A stretch of DNA of 64,000 nucleotides from assembly GCA_963779755.1 (NCBI GenBank), contig CAVZZO010000003.1, positions 1,376,001 to 1,440,000 of the forward strand, in the 5' to 3' direction. Positions within the stretch are counted from its first letter, which is position 1; the number at the start of each line of letters is the position of its first letter. A program made the translations under genes and the position numbers. The DNA comes from an uncultured Gemmatimonadales bacterium. Lineage in GTDB: Bacteria; Gemmatimonadota; Gemmatimonadetes; Gemmatimonadales; GWC2-71-9. The notes under the pieces were generated by a model. That model was given only the letters and a program-made list of their open reading frames with translations, ran no database searches and had not been told where the DNA came from. Below are positions 55,209 to 64,000 of the stretch, piece after piece.

Positions 55209-55763
55209 ATGAGACGTTCATTCGCCTCGCTCATGCTGGTGCTGTGCCTGGGCCTGTTCGCCGGCGCCGGCTCGCTCTCGGCCCAGGCGCCCGACCAGCC
55301 CTTGCCCCGCCACCGGGGGTTGTGGTTCAGCGGCGGGTTCGGCTGGGGCTCGCTGGGTTGCCAGGATTGCGGCAGTCGAACCGGCGGCCTGTCGGGCGGC
55401 CTGACGCTCGGCGGCACCATCAGCCCCAAATTCCTGCTCGGCATCGGTACCACGGGGTGGACCAAGTCGGAGAACGGCGCCACCCTCACGGTGGGGACGC
55501 TGGATGCCCGCCTCCGCTTCTATCCCAGCCTCACCAGCGGCTTCTTCCTCACCGGCGGGCTCGGGATCGGCGAGATGCGCGCCTCGGTGTCCGGCTTCGG
55601 CAGCGCGTCGGAGACCGGCGTCGGCGCCGTGCTGGGCCTCGGCTGGGACATTCCCATTTCGGGGTCGGCCAGTCTCACGCCCTTCTGGAACGGGTTCGCG
55701 GTGAACACCGCGAACGGCGACGCCAACGTGGGGCAGCTGGGAATGAGCATCACGATTCACTAA
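55209..55763 (+). CDS. Outer membrane beta-barrel protein
   Basis: RBS AAGGAG; signal peptide; Gly/aromatic-rich alternating strands (RFYP..GFFLTGGLG, LGLGWDI). Confidence 0.75.
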   Translation: MRRSFASLMLVLCLGLFAGAGSLSAQAPDQPLPRHRGLWFSGGFGWGSLGCQDCGSRTGGLSGGLTLGGTISPKFLLGIGTTGWTKSENGATLTVGTLDARLRFYPSLTSGFFLTGGLGIGEMRASVSGFGSASETGVGAVLGLGWDIPISGSASLTPFWNGFAVNTANGDANVGQLGMSITIH

Positions 55764-55790
55764 ACCCGCACCAGAAAGTCCGGCAGGAGA

Positions 55791-55828
55791 GCGAGGCACG
55801 TCCCATGGGGCGTGCCTCGTTTTCTTTT
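55791..55828 (+). terminator. Intrinsic terminator
   Basis: GCGAGGCACGTCCC / GGGGCGTGCCTCGT stem followed by TTTCTTTT. Confidence 0.8.
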
Positions 55829-55849
55829 AGTTCAAGCGGGCGGTCGGGT

Positions 55850-56062
55850 CGCGCGCTGTCACCCTGAGCGATAGCGAAGGGGCCGAAGCTGGTCGAGTGG
55901 TTTCGACCGCTTCGCTGCGCTCAGCGTGACAGCCCGCCCCATCCGCTCTCCCCGCCTTGGCATTGCGAGACGCGCAGCGGCGAAGCAATCTCCCAGGGTG
56001 CGCACGGAGCACCCGAAACCTCACCCCTGTCCCCTCTCCACTTCGCAACCTCACCCCCTGGG
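55850..56062. repeat. T/T' doublet, U module and partial Q modules
   Basis: TGTCACCCTGAGC...GCTCAGCGTGACA (55857-55931); CATTGCGAG...GCGAAGCAATC; CCTCACCCCTGTCCCCTCTCCA. Confidence 0.85.
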
Positions 56063-56209
56063 AACGCGGTGCGGGCCCAGACCATCCTCGGCTCAAGCCG
56101 AGGCTCGGCCAGCTTTTCACTGAAGTGCAGGAGCCCCACCCGGCGGCCGGGCAGCTTACCGGTTACCGTTTTCTCCCGCCATACCGCCTTTACCACCATA
56201 TTTTACGCC

Positions 56210-57286
56210 ATGCCGCCCCTCTGGATCGTCGAGCGCACCCGCAACCGGCGGTTTCCCTATCGGGTTTCCATCGAGCAGGACGGGCGGCTGATCGCGGCAT
56301 TCCGCACCCAGGCCCGCTGGCCGGGCCCGGGGCAGCAGATCTTCTGCCTGCGGGAACAGGAGCTGGATCCCGCCGAGCCGCTGGAACCGGTCGAGCGGGT
56401 ACCGGTGGCGGGCGTCTCCCGCATCGGCCGGAAGCTGGCGCTGGTGCTGGACCGACCCAACCGGAAACGGTGTGAGTTTCTCACGGTGCAGAAGGCGCGG
56501 AAGGCAGGCGGGGGGCACTATGAGCAGATCTATTTCCGCACCGAGTCCGGCATCCGGGCGCACCGCTCCGGCGGGCGGGTGGAACTGCGAGAGGCTCCCG
56601 ATCAGATCACCGTGGTGGTGGACAGCGGCGAGCGCTACGCCTGGCGCTTTCCCGGCGCCATCCTCGAGCGCCGGAAGCTCGCGGTGGGCGATTATGCGCT
56701 GCTGCGGGACGGGCGCATCGCCGCGGTGGTCGAGCGCAAGAGTTTCGAGCACCTGCTGACGGAAGTGAGCAACGTGCAGGCGCTGCACCAGCAGCTCTCC
56801 GACCTCGCCGGCCGCCCGCATCCGGCGCTGGTCATCGAGGCCGAATACGGCGACTTTCTGAATCCCAAGCGAGTCGCAGGCCGCTGGCCGCCCAGCTTCC
56901 TGGAACGGTTCCTGGCCGAACTGAGTGCGCTGCACCCCACGTTACCGGTGATCTTTGCCGGAAACCGCAAACTGGCCAATCTCTGGACGCAGCGCTTCTT
57001 TCTGGCGGCCGCCTCGGCGCAGGCCCAGACCGAGCCGCAACTGGCGCTGGATATGGCGCGGCAGTTGGAACTGGAGCCGGGATTGCCGCGGCAGGAAGAA
57101 GAGATCCGCCGCGTCGTATTCCACGAGATGCCGGAGGCGTTCACCCTGCCTGACCTGGCTCAGCGTTTTGCCGAGGTCCCCGAAACGCGGGTCAAACGGC
57201 TGCTGGAGCGCTGGCACAAGCAGGGGGCGCTGGAAAAGGAGGGTCGGGGGAGCAGGGCAACGTGGCGGGTAAGGCGAGTGGAGTAG
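56210..57286 (+). CDS. ERCC4-domain (XPF/Mus81-like) nuclease with a putative C-terminal winged helix
   Basis: VVVDSGE, LAVGDYAL, AVVERKS, ALVIEA core motifs. Confidence 0.85.
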   Translation: MPPLWIVERTRNRRFPYRVSIEQDGRLIAAFRTQARWPGPGQQIFCLREQELDPAEPLEPVERVPVAGVSRIGRKLALVLDRPNRKRCEFLTVQKARKAGGGHYEQIYFRTESGIRAHRSGGRVELREAPDQITVVVDSGERYAWRFPGAILERRKLAVGDYALLRDGRIAAVVERKSFEHLLTEVSNVQALHQQLSDLAGRPHPALVIEAEYGDFLNPKRVAGRWPPSFLERFLAELSALHPTLPVIFAGNRKLANLWTQRFFLAAASAQAQTEPQLALDMARQLELEPGLPRQEEEIRRVVFHEMPEAFTLPDLAQRFAEVPETRVKRLLERWHKQGALEKEGRGSRATWRVRRVE

Positions 57287-57287
57287 G

Positions 57288-57778
57288 ACCTCACCCCGTG
57301 CCCCTCTCCACTGCTCTACCTAACCCCCTGTCCCCCTTCCCTGTTGGGAAGGGGGAACGGGGACATTGAGCATCGCGCGCTGTCACCCTGAGCGATAGCG
57401 AAGGGGCCGAAGCCGATCGAATGATTCCGGGGCGACCTAACCCCCGTCCCCCTTCCCTGGCGGGAAGGGGGAACGGGGACGTTGAGCATCGCGCGCTGTC
57501 ACCCTGAGCGATAGCGAAGGGGCCGAAGCCGATCGAAGGATTCCGGCCGACCTAACCCCCTGTCCCCCTTCCCTGCCGGGAAGGGGGAACGGTCCCTTGA
57601 GATCCGCTGTCATTGCGAGCCCGCGCCAGTGGGCGAAGCACCTAACCCCCTGTCCCCCTTCCCTGGCGGGAAGGGGGAACGGGACATTGAGCATCGCGCG
57701 CTGTCACCCTGAGCGATAGCGAAGCCGCCGAAGCTGGTCGAATGGTGTATCGGCCCCTTCGCTGCGCTCAGCGTGATA
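57288..57778. repeat. Composite palindrome array (P/T/U modules)
   Basis: T modules at 57381, 57497, 57702; closed by inverted CTTCGCTGCGCTCAGCGTGA. Confidence 0.93.
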
Positions 57779-57907
57779 CAGTTTCGGAGAGATCTGAAGC
57801 ACCCACCTGCAGTGTTTCGCGTTTTTCTGATACCAGATCCGGCGATGGGCGGCCACAGATTGGGCCATGCTCCGCTCTTGCGCCCCGCTCGCCGAGGCAA
57901 CAATCAT

Positions 57908-58456
57908 ATGGGCATGGCATCGCCGGCATACTATACCGCAGAGATGGTCAGGGCACTGCCTGAGGACGGTAACAAATACGAAGTCGTCCACGGGGAGTTG
58001 CTGGTGACTCCGTCGCCCCGGCCCTGGCACGAAATCGTACAGGGCAGACTGTTTCTTGCGCTCGGGAATTATCTCGACCGTGAGCCCGTCGGGGTTCTGC
58101 TCGGCCCCAAAGGCGATATCTCCTGGGGGCCGGATATCCTGGTGCAGCCCGACCTTTATGTGGTCCGGTCCGACGAAGCGCGCTCATTGGACTGGAAACG
58201 GATGAAGACACTGCTGCTCGTGGCGGAGGTCCTCAGTCCTTCGACTTCCCGCTACGACCGCTTCACCAAGCGCCGGCTGTTTCAGGAGGTGGGAGTCCCA
58301 CTCTACTGGATCGTCGATCCCGATCAACGTCAGGTGGAGATCTGGACCCCCGAAGCGACCTTCCCGGTGATCGAGCGCGAGCGGCTTCGCTGGATGCCGG
58401 AGGGAGCCGAGATGCCGTGCGAGGTGGAGCTGGGGTGGGTGTTTCGGGAGGTGTGA
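57908..58456 (+). CDS. Uma2 family endonuclease (PD-(D/E)XK fold)
   Basis: LPEDGNKYEVVHGEL..PSP..H, VQPDL, LVAEVLSPST..D..KRRLF..GVPLYWIVDP. Start ATG 57908 or 57914. Confidence 0.92.
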   Translation: MGMASPAYYTAEMVRALPEDGNKYEVVHGELLVTPSPRPWHEIVQGRLFLALGNYLDREPVGVLLGPKGDISWGPDILVQPDLYVVRSDEARSLDWKRMKTLLLVAEVLSPSTSRYDRFTKRRLFQEVGVPLYWIVDPDQRQVEIWTPEATFPVIERERLRWMPEGAEMPCEVELGWVFREV

Positions 58457-58652
58457 GGGGAAGGCGGCAAGGCGGCAAGGCGGCAAGGCGGCAAGGCGGC
58501 ACGAAGATGCCAGTCGTCCGAGTGAACGCGAGGGAAGCAAGCGCCGTCACCCTGAGGGAGCGCAGCGACCGAAGGGGCCGAAACCGTAAGCAGCGAGCTT
58601 TTCTTGGGATCACCTCCCGCCGCATCTCTCCACTCCGCCCCTACCGCCCTGC

Positions 58653-58686
58653 CGCCATTTGAGTATCTTTAGAGCGCCATTTGGCG
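58653..58686 (+). promoter_or_regulatory. Candidate antitoxin operator boxes around a -10 hexamer
   Basis: CGCCATTTGA (58653-58662), TATCTT (58664-58669), palindrome CGCCATTTGGCG (58675-58686). Confidence 0.55.
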
Positions 58687-58695
58687 GAGGCTTAC

Positions 58696-59133
58696 ATGGG
58701 CACATCGGTCCTCGAAAAACTGGGCGGCTACAGCGTCTTCCACCGGAAATCGGCCACCGGGCTCGACCTGGCCGAGCGGGTGAGAGCAGGATTGCCAGTG
58801 GAGGCGCTGGAGTACATGCTGCGCGAGATGGTGGGGGAGCAGGTCACCCAGGCCGACATCTACCGGGTGGTCGGGAGTCCCCGGACCCTGCAGCGCAAGC
58901 GCGCCCGGGGCGGCACCCTCTCGCCCGAGGAATCCGACCGGCTGGCGCGGCTGGCCCGGATCCTGGCCCGGGCGGACGAAGTCCTGGGCGGCGCCGAGCC
59001 GGCCAAACGCTGGCTGGGGAAACCCAACACCGCGTTGGGGGACACCCGGCCCCTGTCGCTGCTGGACAGCGACGCCGGCACCCTGGCGGTGGAGCAGGTG
59101 CTGGGCCGGATCGAACACGGCGTCTACGCCTGA
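58696..59133 (+). CDS. Xre/MbcA/ParS family antitoxin
   Basis: RBS GGAGG; VRAGLP, RTLQRK..LSPEESDRLARLAR, WLGKPN.ALG..PLSLL, LGRIEHGV. Confidence 0.92.
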   Translation: MGTSVLEKLGGYSVFHRKSATGLDLAERVRAGLPVEALEYMLREMVGEQVTQADIYRVVGSPRTLQRKRARGGTLSPEESDRLARLARILARADEVLGGAEPAKRWLGKPNTALGDTRPLSLLDSDAGTLAVEQVLGRIEHGVYA

Positions 59134-59136
59134 GCC

Positions 59137-59619
59137 GTGCGCTGCTATCGGATCTGCGACGCGAGGTTCCGCGCGCTGGACGGCGAAGGCGCGCGCCGCT
59201 ACGGTGGCCGCTGGAATCGGCCGGGTCGCGCGGTGGTGTACACCTCCGCCTCGCGTGCGCTGGCGATTCTGGAGCTGCTGGCGCAGGTGGAGCGGGGGGA
59301 CCTGCGCCGGGGACTGCTCCTGCTGACGGTGGAGGTGCCGGAGGTCGGGGAGCTCAAGGAGCTGGTCGTTGGGTCGAGAGGGTCGAGGGGGTCGAGGTTG
59401 CCGCGGGGGTGGGATGCGTATCCCGCGCCGGCGACGTGTCAGAAGATGGGCGACGACTGGATGGAGCGTGCCGAGTCGCTGGTGCTGGCGGTGCCGTCGG
59501 CCATCGTGCCGGAGGAGCGGAACTTCCTGCTCAACCCGGCGCATCCCGCTTTCGCGTGCGTGCGGGAGGCGGGAGCGCGGGAGTTCAGGTTCGATAAGAG
59601 GCTGGGCCTCGGGCCATGA
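59137..59619 (+). CDS. RES-domain toxin (NAD+ phosphorylase family)
   Basis: YRI, GEGA..GGRWN, YTS..ALAILE, VPSAIVP.E.NFLLNP.H. Confidence 0.92.
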   Translation: MRCYRICDARFRALDGEGARRYGGRWNRPGRAVVYTSASRALAILELLAQVERGDLRRGLLLLTVEVPEVGELKELVVGSRGSRGSRLPRGWDAYPAPATCQKMGDDWMERAESLVLAVPSAIVPEERNFLLNPAHPAFACVREAGAREFRFDKRLGLGP

Positions 59620-59625
59620 TCCGAT

Positions 59626-59850
59626 TGTCACCCTGAGCGATAGCGAAGGGGCCGAAGCCGATCGAAGGGTTCCGGCGCTACCTAACCCCCTGTCCCCCTT
59701 CCCTGCTGGGAAGGGGGAACGGGGACATTGAGATCCGCGGTCATTGCGAGCCCGCGCAGCGGCGAAGCACCTAACCCCCTGTCCCCCTTCCCTGTTGGGA
59801 AGGGGGAACGGGGACATTGAGCATCGCGCGCTGTCACCCTGAGCGTGACA
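59626..59850. repeat. Composite palindrome array, one ~206-bp T+P+U+P unit
   Basis: T at 59626 and a collapsed TGTCACCCTGAGCGTGACA at 59832-59850. Confidence 0.92.
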
Positions 59851-59884
59851 GGGCATTTGCCTCTCTTCCTGCGCCCTACCTCTA

Positions 59885-62566
59885 TTACCGCCGCAACAGT
59901 GCCTGGAACGCGGAGTCCTCCCGGATCGGATCCCACAGCGGGTCCAGCCGCAGCGTCTCGATCGAGACCCACGACGGCCTTCTCAGCGGCAACGGGAGTT
60001 CCGCCACGGCCCCCTTCGCGTCGCCCAGTTGGGCCAGGATCTGGGCATGCTGCACCATGGGATCGGGATCCTCCCGCTGCCCGCCGGGCCCGGATGCCGG
60101 CCCCTGGATCCAGCGGGCCTCCTGCAACGCGGCCTCCCGGCGGCCCAGCGCCGCCAGCGTGAGGCCGCGCGACACGTGCACCCGCCAGTCGTTGGGCAGC
60201 CGCACCAGCACCGAATCCAGCAGCGTGAGCGCGGAGTCGAACGCGGCGGCCGCCGCGGCCTCATTGCCCCGGAAGCGATGGGCCCACCCGGCATAGAGGG
60301 CGGCCGGGGTATAGGAGTCTTCACCGTCGAAGGCGGCTGCGGGGTCGCCACGCAGCGTGCGCAGCATCCCCTCCGGGTCCCGCTCCCAGAACTGCAGCAG
60401 GACCCGCTGGCCGGTGACGCCGCCGAACGACCCCGGAGCGTCCGGTGCCAGGCGGTCCAGGCCGGCCCGCAACGTGTCCAGCGTTCCCTGCCAGCGGATG
60501 TAAGTCCACCCCTTCAGGACCACAGCGTTTGGCAGGCCGGGTGACAGCGCCAGCACCCGGTCAAACGATTGTGCGGCATCGGCGTAGCGGTGCATCAGGT
60601 CGTAGGTGACCGCCAGATGCTGGAACAGATCCGGATCCCGCGGATCGAGATCGGTGGCCCGCCGGAAGGCGGCGATCGCTTCGGGCCAGTGCTTCAGCCG
60701 GCGTTGCATGAACCCCATCCGTTCCCAGAGCCGCGCGTCGTTGGGAATACCCTTGAGGGCCCCGGTGAGCGTGCTCAGGGCTCTCTGCCAGTCCTGCCGG
60801 CCCAGCCCATAGTCATAGATCATCGCGGCCTGCGCCTGCGGCAGGTCGGGCGCCAGGCGGACGGCCGTGTGCGCCGCCTCGCGCGCCAGCGCCAGCCGAG
60901 CCGGCGAGGGATCGTAGCGCAGCAGGTAGGTGAGCCCCTGCGCCTCGGCCAGATCCGCATAGGCCAGCGCAAAGGTGGAATCCTGCTCCGTCGCCCGGGT
61001 CAGGAACTGCACCGCCATCTCATAGTCCTGGCGGCTGCGGGTGGGCCGCAGCAGATACTGCCGCCCCTGGAGATAGAGCCGGTACGCCTCCGGGTCGCCG
61101 GTGGGCGCGCGGGTGAGGCCCTCCTGTTCTGCCGCGCTCAGGGTGGCGCCCACCGCCGCCACGATCCGCTGCGCCACCTCGCTCTGGATGGCAAAGGCGT
61201 CGTCCAGCGTCCGGTCGTAGCGCTCGGCCCAGAGGTTGGCATTGGTCGCCACGTCAACGAGCTGCACGTTGACCCGGAGCCGGTCGCCCACTGCCTGCAC
61301 GCTGCCCTCCACCACGCTCCCCACGCCCAGCTCGCGCGCGATCCGCTGGAGCGAAATGCTGCTGTCGGCGTATTCCGCCACCGAGGCGCGGCCGATCACC
61401 TTGAGCGCCGTCACCCGGGAGAGCTCCGTCAGCAGCTCGTCGTGCAGCCCACCGGCGAAATAGCCGTAGGGACCGGGCCCGGTCAGGTTCACGAAGGGAA
61501 GCACCGCGATCGCGGTCCGGGCATAGGCCGGGGCGGCCGGCTGCCCGGCGGAGTTCGAGCCCCGGCGGAGGAGCAGGCCGGTGGCCACCAGCGAGACCAG
61601 CAGCAGGGCAGCGGCCCAGGGCCACCACGGCCGGGGCCGCGAGACCGGCCGGACCGGTGCGGTGGCCGTCCCCTGCTCTCCCGACGCCCGTTCCGCCTGG
61701 CGCAAGGCGCCGGCGAACTGCTGGGCGGTGGCGTAGCGATCGGCCGGGACCTTGGCCATCGCACGGGCGATGGCCAGCTCGAGCGCGCGGGAGAGGGCGG
61801 GGCGCGCAGCCGTCAGACTGGGCGGCGTGTCCATCGCGTGGCGCGCCAGGATCTCCTGGGCCGTGACTCCGGTGAAGGGCGGCCGGCCCGCCAGCATCTC
61901 GTACAGCACGCACCCCAGGGCGTAGATGTCGGACCGGCCGTCCAGGGCGCTGTCGCCGGCCGACTGCTCGGGGCTCATGTAGGAGGGGGTCCCGATGGCG
62001 ATTCCGGTCTCGGTCAGGGCCTCTCCCCCGGCCGACGTCACCGCCCGCGCGATGCCGAAATCGGCCACCCGCGCGTGGCCGCCGGCCAGCAGGATGTTCT
62101 CCGGCTTGATGTCGCGGTGAACGATCCCGCGGCTGTGGGCATAGCCCAGCGCGTCCGCCACCTCGCGGGCGATCTGAAGCGCGTCTTCCAGCGGCAGCTG
62201 GCGTTCCCGCTCCAGCCGGTCGCGCAGGGATTCGCCCTCGACGTAGGGCATGACGTAGAACAGGACCTCGCCCCCTTGCCCCCTCTCCACATCGTGGAGA
62301 GGGGGAACGGGGGTGAGGCTACCGCTGTCCAGCAGCGGGAGGATATGCGGGTGATCCAGTTGGGCGGTGAGGCGGATTTCGCGGAGGAAGCGGTCGGGAC
62401 CCAGGGCGTGGGCCAGCTCCGGCTTCAGCACCTTGAGGGCGACCAGGCGCTGGTGTCGCAGGTCCTCGGCCAGGTAGACCGTGGCCATCCCGCCGCGGCC
62501 CAGCTCGCGCACGATGCGATAGCGGCCGGCCAGGGCCTGATCGAGCGCTGGGGGGAGGTCGCTCAT
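59885..62566 (-). CDS. Ser/Thr protein kinase with TM, TolB-like and TPR regions
   Basis: LGRGGMATVY, VALKVL, HRDIKPEN, DFG, GTPSYMSPE; IAVLPF; TPR repeats. Confidence 0.94.
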   Translation of the reverse strand: MSDLPPALDQALAGRYRIVRELGRGGMATVYLAEDLRHQRLVALKVLKPELAHALGPDRFLREIRLTAQLDHPHILPLLDSGSLTPVPPLHDVERGQGGEVLFYVMPYVEGESLRDRLERERQLPLEDALQIAREVADALGYAHSRGIVHRDIKPENILLAGGHARVADFGIARAVTSAGGEALTETGIAIGTPSYMSPEQSAGDSALDGRSDIYALGCVLYEMLAGRPPFTGVTAQEILARHAMDTPPSLTAARPALSRALELAIARAMAKVPADRYATAQQFAGALRQAERASGEQGTATAPVRPVSRPRPWWPWAAALLLVSLVATGLLLRRGSNSAGQPAAPAYARTAIAVLPFVNLTGPGPYGYFAGGLHDELLTELSRVTALKVIGRASVAEYADSSISLQRIARELGVGSVVEGSVQAVGDRLRVNVQLVDVATNANLWAERYDRTLDDAFAIQSEVAQRIVAAVGATLSAAEQEGLTRAPTGDPEAYRLYLQGRQYLLRPTRSRQDYEMAVQFLTRATEQDSTFALAYADLAEAQGLTYLLRYDPSPARLALAREAAHTAVRLAPDLPQAQAAMIYDYGLGRQDWQRALSTLTGALKGIPNDARLWERMGFMQRRLKHWPEAIAAFRRATDLDPRDPDLFQHLAVTYDLMHRYADAAQSFDRVLALSPGLPNAVVLKGWTYIRWQGTLDTLRAGLDRLAPDAPGSFGGVTGQRVLLQFWERDPEGMLRTLRGDPAAAFDGEDSYTPAALYAGWAHRFRGNEAAAAAAFDSALTLLDSVLVRLPNDWRVHVSRGLTLAALGRREAALQEARWIQGPASGPGGQREDPDPMVQHAQILAQLGDAKGAVAELPLPLRRPSWVSIETLRLDPLWDPIREDSAFQALLRR
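62266..62318. mobile_element. Q-type palindrome inserted in frame in the kinase domain
   Basis: CCTCGCCCCC..CCCCCTCTCCAC ATC GTGGAGAGGGGG..GGGGGTGAGG; its core is the reverse complement of the intergenic copy at 62912-62956. Confidence 0.85.
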
Positions 62567-62658
62567 AGGAGAATGCTACCAGAATGGGGGCAGGACGGCA
62601 GGGCGGCAAGGGAGGAAGGCGGGAAGGCGGGAAGGCGGGAAGGCGGGCCGAACATTGC

Positions 62659-63800
62659 TGTCATTGCGAGGCGGCGCAGCCGCCGAAGCAATCTCCCTGG
62701 GCTGCGCCAGGAGCCTCACCCCCTGGCTCTCCACTTCGTGGAGAGGGGGAACCGGCGGAAACGGCTATCGCATGCGGTCACCCTGAGCGATAGCGAAGGG
62801 GCCGAAGCCGATCGATTGATGCCGGCCGACCTAACCCCCTGTCCCCCTTCCCTGCTGGGAAGGGGGAACGGTCCCTTGAGATCCGCTGTCATCGCGAGCC
62901 CGCGCCAGCCGCCTCACCCCCTGTCCCCCTCTCCACGATGTGGAGAGGGGGAACGGGTGGGACGGATTATCACATGCTGTCACCCTGAGGCCGCGCAGCG
63001 GCCGAAAGGGCCGAAGCCGATCGAATGATTCCGGCCGACCTAACCCCCTGTCCCCCTTCCCTGCCGGGAAGGGGGAACGGTCCCTTGAGATCCGCTGTCA
63101 TTGCGAGCCCGCGCCAGCGGACGAAGCACCTAACCCCCTGTCCCCATTCCCTGTTGGGAAGGGGGAACGGGGACATTGAGCATCGCGCGCTGTCACCCTG
63201 AGCGATAGCGAAGGGGCCGAAGCCGATCGATTGATTCCGGCGCTACCTAACCCCCTGTCCCCCTTCCCTGCTGGGAAGGGGGAACGGTCCCTTGAGATCC
63301 GCTGTCATTGCGAGCCCGCGCCAGCGGACGAAGCACCTAACCCCCTGTCCCCCTTCCCTGTTGGGAAGGGGGAACGGGGACATTGAGCATCGCGCGCTGT
63401 CACCCTGAGCGATAGCGAAGGGGCCGAAGCCGATCGAATGATTCCGGCGCTACCTAGCCCCCTGTCCCCCTTCCCTGCTGGGAAGGGGGAACGGTCCCTT
63501 GAGATCCGCTGTCATTGCGAGCCCGCGCCAGCGGACGAAGCACCTAACCCCCTGTCCCCCTTCCCTGTTGGGAAGGGGGAACGGGGACATTGAGCATCGC
63601 GCGCTGTCACCCTGAGCGATAGCGAAGGGGCCGAAGCCGATCGAATGATTCCGCCGCAGTGTCATTGCGAGCCTGCGTCAGCAGGCGAAGCAATCCCCGC
63701 AGGCACAATCCGATCCGGACAGGTGGACGGGGCCGGACATCGGATCATTCCTCAGGAGATTGCTTCGGGCGCTCCGCGCCCTCGCAATGACAGCCAGGGT
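62659..63800. repeat. Composite palindrome array, 207-bp period, ending in a complete U/U' doublet
   Basis: T modules at 62978, 63191, 63398, 63605; TGTCATTGCGAG...CTCGCAATGACA at 63660-63792. Confidence 0.95.
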
Positions 63801-63840
63801 AGGCGCCGCTCAGCGTGACCGGAGGCGAATACCTGTGGGC

Positions 63841-63999
63841 CTAGGGAACCAGCGACTCGAGGGGGATGCTGAGCAGGTCGCGGAGTCTCCTGGCCTGGGT
63901 CAAGGATAGACTGCGCTTTCCATGGAAGAATTCAGATACGCGGCTCTTCCCACCCATAGGTTCGTGCAGCGCCGTTCGGGTGAACCCTTTCTGTTCCAG
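63841..63999 (-). CDS. higA: 3' end of a HigA-like HTH antitoxin (partial)
   Basis: Manual translation LEQKGFTRTALHEPMGGKSRVSEFFHGKRSLSLTQARRLRDLLSIPLESLVP then TAG. Confidence 0.75.
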   Translation of the reverse strand: MEQKGFTRTALHEPMGGKSRVSEFFHGKRSLSLTQARRLRDLLSIPLESLVP

Positions 64000-64000
64000 C

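Noticed and set aside
57435..57487. Integron attC site (ACCTAAC...GTTGAGC)
   Set aside because: Only this copy has GTT (others have ATTGAGC), it is short, the end boxes pair poorly and no integrase is present. An IntegronFinder run would settle it.
56210..64000. Prophage or integrative element carrying the TA and nuclease genes
   Set aside because: No integrase, transposase, phage genes or att repeats, and no obvious compositional shift by eye.

Overview
High-GC (about 70% by eye) bacterial chromosomal window. The style of the Ser/Thr kinases and the cold-shock protein suggests Gemmatimonadota (inference only). Gene content in order: 3' end of a cysteine-synthase-like gene; arsR-arsM-arsC-acr3 operon; GH27 alpha-galactosidase; beta-propeller phosphoesterase; two membrane proteins; three secreted peptidases (M61, S10, M28); gnd-zwf-ROK kinase; a PQQ alcohol dehydrogenase with the lanthanide-type D-x-D motif and a cytochrome c; a VOC protein; a PafBC-like pair of WYL regulators; class A PBP, rpsU, csp; a di-haem peroxidase; a kinase/ECF-sigma pair; a TetR-RND efflux operon; three histidine kinases including a poly-HAMP hybrid; CBS and TerB-like proteins; topoisomerase IB; an ABC exporter; a beta-barrel; ERCC4 and Uma2 nucleases; an Xre-RES toxin-antitoxin pair; a second kinase; and the 3' end of higA. 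No rRNA, tRNA, transposase, integrase or cas gene was recognised. The most unusual signal is non-coding: most intergenic spaces hold repeats. (1) Four 117-nt rod-like hairpin units joined by variable-number heptamer linkers sit between the PQQ dehydrogenase and the cytochrome gene. (2) Composite palindrome arrays (80-, ~117- and ~207-bp periods) recur at several loci and bracket the nuclease and TA genes. (3) Stop-codon-containing heptamer tracts supply the 3' ends of several genes, two of which end in the same GLRTED tail. (4) One palindrome lies in frame inside a kinase domain. A PafBC-type promoter motif (TGTC-N12-TAnnnT) precedes the WYL pair. All calls come from reading the sequence; no searches or folding programs were run.
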